From: an uncultured Frankineae bacterium
GTDB taxonomy: Bacteria > Actinomycetota > Actinomycetes > Mycobacteriales > SCTD01
DNA length: 64,000 nt
Reading direction: 5' to 3'
NCBI GenBank assembly: GCA_902805775.1
Contig: CADCUB010000104.1
Location: forward strand, 3,431 to 67,430
Shown here: positions 9,018-19,750 of the stretch, one piece after another
Layout of the letters: every line of letters starts with the position of its first letter
How positions within the stretch are numbered: position 1 is the first letter of the stretch
Made by a program: the position numbers and the translations under genes
Notes under the pieces: generated by a model
The model's input: the letters and a program-made list of their open reading frames with translations, nothing else
Told to the model about the DNA's origin: nothing
Databases searched by the model: none

Positions 9018-9938
9018 ATGGCCACTCCCGCGCCGACCACCTCGTCCCGCGTGCGCACCGACGACGGTGCGGAGCTGCACGTCGAGATCGACCACGTCGA
9101 GTCCTCCCCCCTGAGCGTGGTGCTCGTGCACGGCTTCACCGCCAGCCTGGAGGAGTTCGTCCTGCAGCGCGAGACCCTGCGCGGCCGCGCCACGACGGTC
9201 CTGTACGACTGCCGCGGCCACGGGCGCAGCCGCCGGGGCCGGGTGCGCAACCCGTCCATCGACCAGCTCGGCCGTGACCTGGGGACGGTGCTGGACACCG
9301 CCGTGCCGCCCGGGCCGGTCGTGCTGCTCGGCCACTCCATGGGCGGCATGACGATCATGGCGCTGGCCCGCCGGCGTCCCGAGCTGTTCGGTGACCGGGT
9401 GGTCGGCACCTTCCTGCTGGCCACCTCTTCCGGCGGGCTGGTCGAGCAGGGGGCGCTCGGCCTGGCCGTGCGCGTGCTGCGCCGCCTCGGCCTGCTGCAG
9501 CTGTGGCTGCTGCTGTTCCAGCTGTGGGCGCCCGTGCTCGAGCGCTTCCGCCGCCGCGGCACCCGGGTCATGCGGGCGTACTTCCGGCGCTACCTGTTCG
9601 GCCGCGACGACGCGACGCCCGAGACGGTGCGTCAGGTGCAGGACCTGCTGGAGCAGACGCCGCTCCCCGTCGTGGCGGCGTTCTACCAGACCCTGCTCGA
9701 CCACGACGAGCAGGCCTCGCTGCACGTCCTGCAGGCCGTCCCGGTGACGCTGCTGGTCGGGGACGCCGACCGCCTGACGCCGGTCAGCCACAGCCGCAGG
9801 ATGGCGCTCGTCCTCCCCGACGCCGAGCTGGTCGTCGTGCCGGGCGCCGGTCACAGCGTCAACATCACCCGCCGGTCCGTCGTCGACGACGCGCTGCTGC
9901 GGCTGCTCGACCGGGCCCGGACGGCGCGCGCCGCCTGA
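9018..9938 (+). CDS. Alpha/beta-fold hydrolase
   Basis: VLVHGF oxyanion region, nucleophile elbow GHSMGG, C-terminal PGAGHS. An alternative GTG start at 8967 is possible. Confidence 0.8.
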   Translation: MATPAPTTSSRVRTDDGAELHVEIDHVESSPLSVVLVHGFTASLEEFVLQRETLRGRATTVLYDCRGHGRSRRGRVRNPSIDQLGRDLGTVLDTAVPPGPVVLLGHSMGGMTIMALARRRPELFGDRVVGTFLLATSSGGLVEQGALGLAVRVLRRLGLLQLWLLLFQLWAPVLERFRRRGTRVMRAYFRRYLFGRDDATPETVRQVQDLLEQTPLPVVAAFYQTLLDHDEQASLHVLQAVPVTLLVGDADRLTPVSHSRRMALVLPDAELVVVPGAGHSVNITRRSVVDDALLRLLDRARTARAA

Positions 9939-10050
9939 GCGTCGCGGCCCGTCCGCGCACGCGGCCGTCGGGCCGTGCGTGGGGCAGACTGGAGCGGCGG
10001 GTCCCGGGGACGGACCGCCACATCCTCCGGACGAGAGCAGGCACGCCACC

Positions 10051-10476
10051 GTGGACGACACCCTCACCGCGCAGACGCAGGCGGCCGTCGACGAGGCCGT
10101 CCTGCGCGTCCAGGCCCGGGCCGAAGCCGACCCGGAGCTGGTCTTCGGCGACGTCGTGGAGGAGGTCGCGCTCGAGTGCGACGACCTCGACGTCGCCGTC
10201 CAGCTGTGCGTGCAGACCATGGACTTCGTGCCCGACACCATCCGCCGGCGGGTCTTCGAGGCCGAGAACGCCGACGTCATCGCCGCCAACGCCGCCGCCA
10301 CGGCCGAGCGCGACGCCGTGGAGGCCAAGGCCCGCCAGCGCACGGCCAAGGCCGCAGCCACGCGCGCGGCGACGCTGGCCCGCGAGGCCGAGGTCGAGAA
10401 GGCGGCCATCCGCTCCGCGACCTGCCCCGACTGCTTCCAGGTGCGCGCGGCCAGCGGCGTCTGCGGCTGCGACTAG
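10051..10476 (+). CDS. Hypothetical acidic/Ala-rich protein with C-terminal Cys knuckle
   Basis: GC3 is near-uniform from the GTG at 10051 but drops upstream (9979-10050). C-terminus CPDCFQVRAASGVCGC. No family recognised. Confidence 0.55.
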   Translation: MDDTLTAQTQAAVDEAVLRVQARAEADPELVFGDVVEEVALECDDLDVAVQLCVQTMDFVPDTIRRRVFEAENADVIAANAAATAERDAVEAKARQRTAKAAATRAATLAREAEVEKAAIRSATCPDCFQVRAASGVCGCD

Positions 10477-10490
10477 CAGACCGGGCCTGC

Positions 10491-12659
10491 TCAGCCCTCG
10501 AGCAGGCTGTCGAGCGGCTCGGACGACACGACCACCAGGCGCTGCGTCGCACGGGTGAGCGCGACGTACAGGCTGCGCAGCCCCGCGAGCGGGTGGGCGG
10601 CCTCGGCCACCAGGGCGTGCGGGTCGGCGACGACGCACCCGTCGTACTCCAGGCCCTTCACCTGCCACGGGTCGACCACCGACAGGCGGGGGTCGGCGGG
10701 CAGGACGTCGCGGACCGCCTGCGCCCGGCCGTGCGGGGCGACGACGCCGACCGTGCCGGACACCGAGCCCAGCAGGAGCTCGACCTGCTCCGGCAGCTCG
10801 GCCAGGACGTCGCCCACGACGAGTCGCGGCTCGACCCCGGTGCTGCGCACGGCGGCCGGCGCCGTCAGGGCCGGGTCGATGCGGGCCAGCAGCCGGGCGG
10901 CGAGCGCGGCCACCTCGGTGCTGGTGCGGTAGTTCGTCGTCAGCTCGACCGTCCGCAGCCGGCTGCGGCCGAGCACCGTCGCGAGCGCGTCCTGCACCTC
11001 GGCGACGTCCGGCCAGGCCGACTGCACCCAGTCGCCGACGACGGTCCAGCTCGCGCCCCGCGCCCGCCGGCCCAGCATCCGCCACTGCAGGGGGGTGACG
11101 TCCTGCGCCTCGTCGACGACCACGTGCGCGAAGGTCCGGTAGTCGCGCTCCTGCGCGACGTCGCGACGGGCGCGGCTCGTCCGGTCGAAGTGCGTGGTCA
11201 CCTCGGCGCTGCGGGCCAGCTCGTCGAGCTCGGCCAGCTCGTCCCAGCCGTCGTCCTCCGGCTCGACCTCGACCGGCGGCGCACCGAGCATCTCGGCCAG
11301 CTCGTCGTGGATCGCGGCGTCCGCCGCCGTCAGCGGCGCGCCCCCGGCCCACGACGCGGCGACGGCGGCGACCTCGTCGTCGCTCAGGACACCGCGCGCG
11401 AGCTCGCGCAGCGGCAGCTCGCCCGAGCGCAGGCGCTGGAGCAGCGGCCAGGGGGTCAGCACCGGCCAGGCCGCGTCGAGCGCGCGCCGGAACGCCGGGT
11501 CACCGCGCAGCCAGGAGGCGAAGTCCTCCCGGTCGTCCTCCTCGATCCGGCCCGCCTCCGGACGGCGCTGCCAGGCCCGCCAGCACAGCTCGACCAGGGC
11601 GGCGGAGAACGCCGCCCGGCCGCTGTTGTGGCTGCGGGAGGACCGGTGCACCTGGCTGCGCCGCCGGGCGATGTCACCGCCGGGCACGGTCACCGTGACC
11701 CCCCAGTGCAGCAGCTCCAGGTCGGCGAGCCGACGGGCGCCGGCCTGGGAGCGCACCACCGCCTTGAGCACGTCGACCATCCGCGCGGAGCCCTTCACCG
11801 CGACGGCGGCCGGGCCGTCCCAGCCGGTGACCTCGACGCCGCGGGGCAGCTCGGGCAGGTCGGCCAGGCTGGCGAGCCGCACGCTGGTCTCCCCGAGCGC
11901 GGGCAGCACCGCACCGATGTAGTCGACGAACACCGGCGAGGGACCGACCACGAGCACGCCGCGGCGGGAGTACCACTCGCGGCGGGCGTACATCAGGTAG
12001 GCGACGCGGTGCAGGGCCACGGCCGTCTTGCCGGTGCCCGGTCCGCCGGTGACGACCAGCGCGCCGTCGTCGGGCGCCCGCACCGCCGCGTCCTGCTCCC
12101 GCTGGATGGTGGCGACGATGTCGCGCATCTGCCCCGTGCGCTCGCGCGAGAGGGCGGCGAGGAAGGCCCCGTCACCCACCACGACCGTGCCCTCGAGCCC
12201 GTCGGCGGCCGAGGCGTCGAGCAGCTCGTCGTCGACGCCGACGACGCGGTCCCGGCGGGTGCTGATCGTGCGCCGCCGGACGACTCCCTGGGGGTCGGCC
12301 GCGGTGGCGCGGTAGAAGGCTGCGGCCGCGGGCGCGCGCCAGTCGACGACGATCGGCTCCTGCTCCTGCGTGCGCAGGCCCCGTCGGCCGACGTGGTGGA
12401 CGGTGCCGTCGGCCCGGTCGAGGCGTCCGAAGACCAGTCCCTCACCGGCGGTGTCCAGCTCCGCCCGCCGGTTGGCCGCCGCCTGGGCGGCCACGTCCCG
12501 CTCGTACACGGCCTGCGGCGACCCGCCGGTGGGCCGCACGCTCTCGTGCTGGCGCTGCAGCGCCTCGCCACGCAGGACCTCGAGCCGGGACAGGGCCCGG
12601 TCGAGCACGACCTGCTCGCGCCGCACCTCGTCGGCGACCGCCCCGGCGTCTGCACTCAC
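10491..12659 (-). CDS. helD: HelD/HelR-type UvrD-like helicase (RNA-polymerase-associated ATPase)
   Basis: 722 aa. N-terminal coiled-coil arm followed by LVFGRLD..HHVGRRGL..PIVVDWRAPAAAAFYRAT, Walker A GGPGTGKT, UvrD-like C-terminal LYVALTRATQRL. Confidence 0.75.
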   Translation of the reverse strand: MSADAGAVADEVRREQVVLDRALSRLEVLRGEALQRQHESVRPTGGSPQAVYERDVAAQAAANRRAELDTAGEGLVFGRLDRADGTVHHVGRRGLRTQEQEPIVVDWRAPAAAAFYRATAADPQGVVRRRTISTRRDRVVGVDDELLDASAADGLEGTVVVGDGAFLAALSRERTGQMRDIVATIQREQDAAVRAPDDGALVVTGGPGTGKTAVALHRVAYLMYARREWYSRRGVLVVGPSPVFVDYIGAVLPALGETSVRLASLADLPELPRGVEVTGWDGPAAVAVKGSARMVDVLKAVVRSQAGARRLADLELLHWGVTVTVPGGDIARRRSQVHRSSRSHNSGRAAFSAALVELCWRAWQRRPEAGRIEEDDREDFASWLRGDPAFRRALDAAWPVLTPWPLLQRLRSGELPLRELARGVLSDDEVAAVAASWAGGAPLTAADAAIHDELAEMLGAPPVEVEPEDDGWDELAELDELARSAEVTTHFDRTSRARRDVAQERDYRTFAHVVVDEAQDVTPLQWRMLGRRARGASWTVVGDWVQSAWPDVAEVQDALATVLGRSRLRTVELTTNYRTSTEVAALAARLLARIDPALTAPAAVRSTGVEPRLVVGDVLAELPEQVELLLGSVSGTVGVVAPHGRAQAVRDVLPADPRLSVVDPWQVKGLEYDGCVVADPHALVAEAAHPLAGLRSLYVALTRATQRLVVVSSEPLDSLLEG

Positions 12660-12740
12660 CGCGACAGTCTGCCGGTCGGTCGCGGGCCGGTCAGCCCCGT
12701 CGCGCTGAGACGCGCCTCACCCCCGGTCGGGGCCCCCGGC

Positions 12741-13475
<735 letters not shown>

Positions 13476-13479
13476 CGCC

Positions 13480-14226
13480 GTGCGGCTCCTCCTGCCGCAG
13501 GCACGGCCGCTGACCGAGCAGGACCTGCTCGACCTCTACGGCGCTGACGAGACCCCCGTGCTGCGCGCCGGGTTCGTCGTCACCACCGACGGCGGCGTCG
13601 CCGTCGACGGTGGCAGCCGGGGGCTGCAGACCGCCGCGGACCTGGCGGCGTTCTCGACGCTGCGGTCGGTGAGCGACGCGGTCGTGGTGGGCGCCGGCAC
13701 CGCCCGTGCCGAGGACTACGGCCCGGTGCGCCCGCGCGCCTCCGCAGCGGCGTGGCGGCGCGACCACGGCCGCTCCGAGCGGCCCCCCCTCGTCCTGGTC
13801 AGCCGCTCGCTGGCGCTCGACCCCGCCGCCCGCTGCTTCGCCGGCCCCGCCGTCGTGGTCACCTGCGCCGCCTCCGACCCCGGTCGCCGGGCGGCGCTGG
13901 CCGAGGTCGCGCAGGTGGTGGTCGCCGGTGACGACGACGTCGACCTGCCGCTGGCCGTGCACCGGCTCCGGGAGCAGGGCCTGCAGCGGCTGCTCTGCGA
14001 GGGCGGTCCGTCGCTGCTGACCGCCCTGCTCACCGCCGGACTGGTGGACGAGCTCTGCCTGACCTCGACGCCGCTGCTGCTGGGGAGCGCACCGACGCTG
14101 CTCACGCGGGCCCTGTCCCGCCCCCTGCCGCTGCGCCTCGAGCACCTCGTCGACGGGGGCGACGGGGTGCTGCTGGGGCGCTGGGCGGTCCGTCGCGGTG
14201 GGGACGACGGGACCGCGGCGGACTAG
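13480..14226 (+). CDS. RibD C-terminal-domain (pyrimidine reductase / DHFR-like) family protein
   Basis: GTG at 13480, in frame with track ORF 13408..14226. VVVGAGTARAEDYGP and LLCEGGPSLLTALLTAGLVDELCLT are typical of RibD_C. Confidence 0.75.
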   Translation: MRLLLPQARPLTEQDLLDLYGADETPVLRAGFVVTTDGGVAVDGGSRGLQTAADLAAFSTLRSVSDAVVVGAGTARAEDYGPVRPRASAAAWRRDHGRSERPPLVLVSRSLALDPAARCFAGPAVVVTCAASDPGRRAALAEVAQVVVAGDDDVDLPLAVHRLREQGLQRLLCEGGPSLLTALLTAGLVDELCLTSTPLLLGSAPTLLTRALSRPLPLRLEHLVDGGDGVLLGRWAVRRGGDDGTAAD

Positions 14227-15062
14227 CCGCGCAGCTCCATCGTGCAGCACTTGACCGAACCGCCGGCCTTGAGCAGCTCGGACAGGTCGACCGGGACCGG
14301 CGTCCAGCCGGCCCCGCGCAGCGCGGCGACGAGGCCGACGGCCTCCTGCGTGATGACGACGTTCCGGCCGTCGGACACGAAGTTCAGGCCGAGCACCTCG
14401 GCGTCAGCGGCGTCGGCCAGGACCGCGTCGGGGTAGAGGGCCTCGAGCAGGTCCCGGCTGCGGGCGCTGAAGGCCGGCGGGTAGTAGGCGATCGTGCTGT
14501 CGTCCAGCGCCGCCAGGCACGTGTCGAGGTGGTAGAAGCGCGGGTCGACGAGCTCGAGGCTGAGCACCTCGACGTCGAGAGCGGCCGCGGCCTCCGCGTG
14601 CGCCCCCGGGTCGGTGCGGTAGCCGGTGCCCGCGAGCACCCGGTCACCGACGACGACGAAGTCGCCCTCGCCCTCGTTGACGTGCGTCGGCTCGACGACG
14701 TGCTGGAGGCCGGCGCGCCGCAGCCGGGCCAGGTGGGCCGGTCCCTCGGCGGTCCGCTGCGGGTGGGTGAAGCGCGCGCCCAGCGCCCGTCCGCCGACGA
14801 CCAGGCCGCCGTTCGCGGCGAAGACCATGTCGGGCAGGCCCGGCACCGGCTCGATCAGCTCCACGCGGTGGCCGAGCCGCTCGTACGTCGCCCGCAGGCC
14901 CTCCCACTGCTGCACCGCCCGGGCGCGGTCCACGGGCCGCGCGGGGTCCATCCACGGGTTGATGGCGTAGGAGACCTCGAAGTGGTCCGGCCGGCACATC
15001 AGGTAGCGGCGGGCAGTGGGCGTGCGAAGCGGCGAGACGCCGCCCGGCGCGAGGATCGTCAC
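14223..15062 (-). CDS. Amidinotransferase/DDAH-superfamily (guanidino-group modifying) enzyme
   Basis: RRYLMCRPDHFEVSYAINPWM N-terminus and C-terminal catalytic-Cys segment GGSVKCCTMEL. GTG at 15062 with AAGGAG upstream. The track ORF 14223..16307 is over-extended. Confidence 0.75.
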   Translation of the reverse strand: MTILAPGGVSPLRTPTARRYLMCRPDHFEVSYAINPWMDPARPVDRARAVQQWEGLRATYERLGHRVELIEPVPGLPDMVFAANGGLVVGGRALGARFTHPQRTAEGPAHLARLRRAGLQHVVEPTHVNEGEGDFVVVGDRVLAGTGYRTDPGAHAEAAAALDVEVLSLELVDPRFYHLDTCLAALDDSTIAYYPPAFSARSRDLLEALYPDAVLADAADAEVLGLNFVSDGRNVVITQEAVGLVAALRGAGWTPVPVDLSELLKAGGSVKCCTMELRG

Positions 15063-15211
15063 GGGGCTCCTTGGCTGACGGGCGGGGCGCCCGACCGTCC
15101 ACGCTAGGCACCGCGCCGACGCAGGACAATGCCGCTCCGTTGCGCATCTGCGTGCGGTCTGCTGCGTCCTGCGACCGCAGGCGGCGATCCGTTGCGCCGT
15201 CTGCCGACCAG

Positions 15212-16243
15212 TCAGGCGGCGGCGCGCTCCAGCTCGCGCGCGGGCTCGGGCTCCGCGCCCGCCACCGGTCCGGCCCGGCGGGTGACCCGCTCGGCGATGA
15301 CCACGGACACCGCGCCGAGCAGCAGCCCGGCGACGTCGTCGACCAGGTAGTGCCAGCCGAAGTAGGCCGTCGCCACGATGGTGAGCACCAGGAAGACCCA
15401 CAGGGCGGCGCGGACGATCCGGGGCAGGCCCACCAGGTGCGCGACGAGCACCGCGGTGAACACGACGGAGCAGTGCAGGGAGGCGAACCCCGCGACACCG
15501 GCGATGGCGTCGGCCCCCGACGGGTCGGCCAGCACCTCGAGGCGGGCGCGGGCCAGGCTCTCCTGGAGCAGCGAGACCCCGGTCTCGGGCAGGTCGGCGT
15601 AGCGCTCGGGGTGGACGAAGACCGGCCCGAGGGAGGGCACCAGGTAGTAGCTGACGGCCCCGAGCAGCCAGTTCAGGCACAGCGCCGTGACGTACCAGGA
15701 GCCGACCCGCACGCTGCGGCCCCACACCAGCGCCGCGCCCAGGGAGAGCGGCACGAAGGCGAGGTAGAGCAGGTAGACCGACGACAGGAAGTAGGCCGCG
15801 GTGCCCGTGCCCAGCAGCTCGTGCAGCAGCTCGGCCGGGTCGTGCCCGAAGGCCATCCACTCGTCGAGGCGCACCAGCTGCTCGTCGCGGACCTGAGGGC
15901 GGGCGAACGGCAGGGCGCCCTTGAGGTTCCGGTAGGCGACGTAGCTGATGTAGAAGCTGGCCATGCCGGCCGTGACCAGGCCCAGGCGCTCGGGCGACAG
16001 CCGCTCGCGCAGGATCCGCCGCACCGGAGCCCGGCGGCGCCACAGCAGGCGGGGCAGCAGGTCGGCGGCGAGGAACAGCACGACGATGAGCGGCAGGCGG
16101 ATGTAGGCGGGGCCGGCGATGCCGTCGGGGTCGCGCAGCGGCAGGCCGAAGCTGGCGGCGACGCTGACGGCGACCACGGCGGAGGCGACCGCGAGCAGCA
16201 CGGCGAACGCGTACGGCCGCAGCGCGGTGGCCAGTGGTCTCAC
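15212..16243 (-). CDS. PAP2-superfamily membrane phosphatase/transferase
   Basis: 343 aa multi-TM. C-terminal SLHCSVVF ... GWHYLVDDVAG resembles PAP2 motifs C2/C3 (SxH, H..D). Confidence 0.7.
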   Translation of the reverse strand: MRPLATALRPYAFAVLLAVASAVVAVSVAASFGLPLRDPDGIAGPAYIRLPLIVVLFLAADLLPRLLWRRRAPVRRILRERLSPERLGLVTAGMASFYISYVAYRNLKGALPFARPQVRDEQLVRLDEWMAFGHDPAELLHELLGTGTAAYFLSSVYLLYLAFVPLSLGAALVWGRSVRVGSWYVTALCLNWLLGAVSYYLVPSLGPVFVHPERYADLPETGVSLLQESLARARLEVLADPSGADAIAGVAGFASLHCSVVFTAVLVAHLVGLPRIVRAALWVFLVLTIVATAYFGWHYLVDDVAGLLLGAVSVVIAERVTRRAGPVAGAEPEPARELERAAA

Positions 16244-16249
16244 GAGGAC

Positions 16250-16255
16250 ATCCTA
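16250..16255 (-). promoter_or_regulatory. Predicted -10 hexamer TAGGAT, 6 nt upstream of the PAP2 GTG (leaderless)
   Basis: Minus-strand reading ggaTAGGATgtcctcGTG. No SD. Confidence 0.45.
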
Positions 16256-16310
16256 TCCAGCAGCGGGGGCGTCGTTCGGCCGTGACACCGTCGCGTCGGT
16301 CACGCACCGG

Positions 16311-17153
16311 TCACCGTGTCGTGATGATCCATTCACGTGCCGGTGCGGGTGCGCACGCCCGCGGGCCGTCGGCGTAGCCGTCGGTGAACGCCCGGGTGCG
16401 CTCGAATCCCGTCCCGTGCGCCCGCGGGTCGGTGAAGGCCGTCCCCGGCACGTCGCGAGCGGAGAACACGGCCAGCGTCGCCTCGTCGAGGTCGCCGGCC
16501 TCGAGCAGGCCCTGCTCCTGCACGCTGCGCGCCCAGGCGCCCGCGAAGCAGTCCGCCTGCAGCTCGGACAGGACCGTCAGCCGCTCCTGCCGCGGCAGAC
16601 GGGCCTGCATGGCGTGCCCGAACTCGTGCGCGAGCACGAACGCGGCCGCGAAGTCACCGGCCTGCACGTAGTAGGGGATCACCAGGCCCGACTCGTCCCA
16701 GGCGATGAAGTCCCCTGCAGGGCAGTAGAACGCGTTCTTGGCCGGCGCCTGCTCCTGCCCGCAGCGCGGCCCGGGCTCCTCGTCGGGCCGGTAGTAGACG
16801 TAGCGGGTGGGCGGTGTGAACTCGACCCCGAAGGCCTCCGGCAGCGCCTGCGCCCAGTACTGCTCGAGCGACTCGAACACCGCCTGCAGCGTGCCGGTGT
16901 ACTCCTCGTAGTCGAAGGCGGTCCGCGTGTCGGTGCGGATCGGCTGCCCCTGCGGCGCCGTGCCGCCCTCGACCTCGCCCGACTGCCGGCTCTGGGTCTG
17001 CTTGGCCTGCTCCACCGCCTCGCGGACGTCGTCGACGATGGCCTCCGCCCGCGCCCTTGCGGAGCCGTCGTCGTCGAAGGGCAGGTTGCTGCCGCAGCCC
17101 GCGACCAGACCGATCGTCAGGGCGAGGGCGACGGGGCGGAGCACGGCGCGCAC
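16311..17153 (-). CDS. Putative neutral zinc metallopeptidase lipoprotein (YpfJ-like)
   Basis: Lipobox LVAGC after a hydrophobic signal. HExxH motif VLAHEFGHAMQ followed by ELQADCFAG. Start chosen at GTG 17153, because the longer track ORF would run through the divergent lrp start. Confidence 0.75.
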   Translation of the reverse strand: MRAVLRPVALALTIGLVAGCGSNLPFDDDGSARARAEAIVDDVREAVEQAKQTQSRQSGEVEGGTAPQGQPIRTDTRTAFDYEEYTGTLQAVFESLEQYWAQALPEAFGVEFTPPTRYVYYRPDEEPGPRCGQEQAPAKNAFYCPAGDFIAWDESGLVIPYYVQAGDFAAAFVLAHEFGHAMQARLPRQERLTVLSELQADCFAGAWARSVQEQGLLEAGDLDEATLAVFSARDVPGTAFTDPRAHGTGFERTRAFTDGYADGPRACAPAPAREWIITTR

Positions 17154-17247
17154 AGGGGGGACCTCTCGGGTCAGGGGCCAAGGTCCCGGCGGTCTACCCG
17201 GCCCTGCACCGCCCCACCACCTGCCCCGGCGGCGGCGAAGATGGTCC

Positions 17248-17685
17248 ATGGACTCCATCGACCAGTCGGTGCTCGCCTGCCTGCTCGCGGACGCGCGGGC
17301 CACCTACGCCGAGATCGGCGACGAGGTCGGGCTGTCCGCTCCCGCCGTCAAGCGCCGGGTGGACCGCCTGCGCGCGACCGGCGCGATCCGGGGGTTCACC
17401 GCCCTGGTCGACCCGGACGCGCTGGGCTGGTCCACCGAGGCCTACGTCGAGATCTACTGCAAGGGGACGGTCGCGCCCGCGGCGCTGCGCGCGAGCCTGG
17501 AGAAGGTGCCCGAGGTCGTCGGGGCCTGCACCGTGTCCGGCGGCGCGGACGCCCTCGTGCACATGCTCGCCTCCGACATCAAGCAGCTCGAGCGCGCGAT
17601 CGAGCGCGTGCGCGACGAGCCGAACGTCGACCACACCCGCAGCGTGATCGTCCTGTCGCGGCTCATCGACCGCCCGCGCGCCTAG
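17248..17685 (+). CDS. Lrp/AsnC-family transcriptional regulator
   Basis: 145 aa. N-terminal HTH SIDQSVLACLLADARATYAEIGDEVGLSAPAVKRRVDRL and a C-terminal RAM/AsnC_trans_reg domain. Confidence 0.9.
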   Translation: MDSIDQSVLACLLADARATYAEIGDEVGLSAPAVKRRVDRLRATGAIRGFTALVDPDALGWSTEAYVEIYCKGTVAPAALRASLEKVPEVVGACTVSGGADALVHMLASDIKQLERAIERVRDEPNVDHTRSVIVLSRLIDRPRA

Positions 17686-18836
17686 AGGCCGAGGTCGCGC
17701 GCGATCAGCATGAGCTGCACCTCGGTGGTGCCCTCGCCGACCTCGAGGATCTTCGAGTCGCGGTAGTGGCGCGAGACGAGGTACTCGTTCATGAACCCGT
17801 ACCCGCCGTGGATCTGGGTGGCGTCGCGCGCGTTGTCCATCGCGGCCTCCCCCGAGACCATCTTCGCGATCGCCGCCTCGCGCTTGAACGGCAGCCCCGC
17901 CAGCATCTTCGCGGCGGCGTCGTAGTACGCCGTGCGCGCGACGTGCGTCCGCGCCTCCATGCGGGCGATCTTGAAGGCGATGGCCTGGTTCTTCGAGATC
18001 GGCCGGCCGAAGGCCTCGCGGGTGCGTGCGTACGTCACGCTCTCGTCGACGCAGCCCTGCGCGGCGCCGACCGACAGCGCGCTGATCGCGATGCGTCCCT
18101 CGTCCAGGATCGACAGGAAGTTGGCGTAGCCCCGGCCGCGCTCGCCGAGCAGGTTCTCCTCCGGCACCTGCACCCCGTCGAAGGTGAGCGGGTGCGTGTC
18201 GCTGGCGTTCCACCCGACCTTGTCGTACGCCGGCTCGGCGGTGAAGCCGGGCGTCGGCACCGGCACCAGGACGGCGCTGATCTCCTTCTTGCCCGAGGCC
18301 GTCGTGCCGGTGACCGCCGTGACGGTGACCAGGCGGGTGATGTCGGTGCCGGAGTTGGTGATGAAGGCCTTGCTGCCGTCGATCCGCCAGGAGCCGTCCT
18401 CGAGCACCGCCGTCGTGCGGGTGCCGCCGGCGTCGCTGCCGGCCCCCGGCTCGGTGAGCCCGAAGGCGCCGAGCGCCCGCCCCGAGGTGAGCAGCGGCAG
18501 CCACTCGTCCTTCTGCGCCTGCGTGCCGAAGCGGTGCACGGGCATGGCGCCCAGGGACACCCCCGCCTCGAGCGTGATGGCGACGCTCTGGTCGACCCGC
18601 GCGAGCTCCTCCAGCGCGAGGCACAGCGCGAAGTAGTCGCCGCCCATGCCGCCGTGCTCCTCCGGGAAGGGCAGGCCGAACAGGCCCATCTCGGCCATGC
18701 CGGCCACGACCTCGTACGGGAAGGTCTTGGCCTTGTCGTGCGCGTAGGAGACCGGCGCGACGACCTCGCGGGCGAACTCCTCGACCGTCTTGCGCAGGCT
18801 GACCTGCTCGTCGGTGAGGCGGGTGTCGAGCGTCAC
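17682..18836 (-). CDS. Acyl-CoA dehydrogenase (isovaleryl-CoA dehydrogenase-like)
   Basis: 384 aa. GLTEPGAGSD, FITN, QIHGGYGF, ILEVGEGTTEV. GTG start overlaps the upstream stop (GTGA). Last gene of the liu-type operon. Confidence 0.85.
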   Translation of the reverse strand: MTLDTRLTDEQVSLRKTVEEFAREVVAPVSYAHDKAKTFPYEVVAGMAEMGLFGLPFPEEHGGMGGDYFALCLALEELARVDQSVAITLEAGVSLGAMPVHRFGTQAQKDEWLPLLTSGRALGAFGLTEPGAGSDAGGTRTTAVLEDGSWRIDGSKAFITNSGTDITRLVTVTAVTGTTASGKKEISAVLVPVPTPGFTAEPAYDKVGWNASDTHPLTFDGVQVPEENLLGERGRGYANFLSILDEGRIAISALSVGAAQGCVDESVTYARTREAFGRPISKNQAIAFKIARMEARTHVARTAYYDAAAKMLAGLPFKREAAIAKMVSGEAAMDNARDATQIHGGYGFMNEYLVSRHYRDSKILEVGEGTTEVQLMLIARDLGL

Positions 18837-19750
18837 TGCTCCTCCAGGAGGGCGAGAACGGTGCGGGACGCGCTGGGCCGGCCGAGCTGGCCGGCCATCC
18901 ACGCGCTGGTGCGGACGAGCGCGGCGAGGTCGATCCCGGTGTCGATGCCCAGCCCGTGCAGCTGCCAGACGAGGTCCTCGGTGGCCAGGTTGCCGGTCGC
19001 GCTGCCGGCGTAGGGGCAGCCGCCGAGGCCACCCGCGCTCGCGTCGACGGTGGTGACGCCGCACTGCAGGGCGACCAGCGTGTTGGCGAGCGCCTGGCCG
19101 TAGGTGTCGTGGAAGTGCACCGCCAGGTCGTCGACCGGCAGACCGCGTGCGGTGAGCTGGTCGACCAGCGCCCGCACCTGCCCCGGCGTCCCGACGCCGA
19201 TCGTGTCTCCGAGAGAGACCTCCGTGCAGCCCATCTCGTGCATGCGGACGGCGACGTCGGCGACCTGGTCGAGGGGGACCGCGCCCTCCCACGGGTCGCC
19301 GAAGCACATGGAGACGTAGCCGCGCACGGCGAGCCCCTCCCGCCGGGCGCGGGCCACCACGGGGGCGAACATGTCCAGCGACGCGGCGACGCTGCGGTTG
19401 AGGTTGCGCTGGGCGAAGGTCTCGGTGGCGCTGGCGAACACGGCGACCTCGCGCACCCCGCAGGCGAGTGCCCGGTCGAGCCCCCTGTCGGTGGGGACGA
19501 GCACGGGGTGGCGGCCCGGCAGCTCGCCCAGCCGCCGCAGCAGCTCCTCGGCGTCGGCGAGCTGCGGCACCCACCGCGCCGGGACGAAGCTGGTCAGCTC
19601 GACGGTCGTCAGCCCGGCGCCGAGGAGCCGCCGCACGAACTCCGCCTTGACCTCGACCGGGACGACCGTCGACTCGTTCTGCAAGCCGTCGCGCGGGCCG
19701 ACCTCGTAGACCTCGACCCGGGACGGCAGCCCGGGCAGGGAGGTGCTCAC
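18833..19750 (-). CDS. Hydroxymethylglutaryl-CoA lyase
   Basis: 305 aa. [12 protein letters not shown]-terminal motif, [19 protein letters not shown] overlaps on both sides. Confidence 0.9.
   Translation of the reverse strand: MSTSLPGLPSRVEVYEVGPRDGLQNESTVVPVEVKAEFVRRLLGAGLTTVELTSFVPARWVPQLADAEELLRRLGELPGRHPVLVPTDRGLDRALACGVREVAVFASATETFAQRNLNRSVAASLDMFAPVVARARREGLAVRGYVSMCFGDPWEGAVPLDQVADVAVRMHEMGCTEVSLGDTIGVGTPGQVRALVDQLTARGLPVDDLAVHFHDTYGQALANTLVALQCGVTTVDASAGGLGGCPYAGSATGNLATEDLVWQLHGLGIDTGIDLAALVRTSAWMAGQLGRPSASRTVLALLEEQ

Noticed and set aside
14223-16307. N-terminally fused or over-extended ORFs: 14223..16307, 17682..19574, 18833..20542, 19747..22095, 26280..28598, 26331..28679, 30077..31561, 31018..33075, 40151..41179, 45008..45940, 53144..54430, 55025..57577, 56662..57759.
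   Set aside because: Only the C-terminal part of each matches a protein family. The upstream part is low-complexity and overlaps a neighbouring real gene. Internal ATG or GTG starts with an SD, a -10 element or a stop-overlap context give family-typical lengths.
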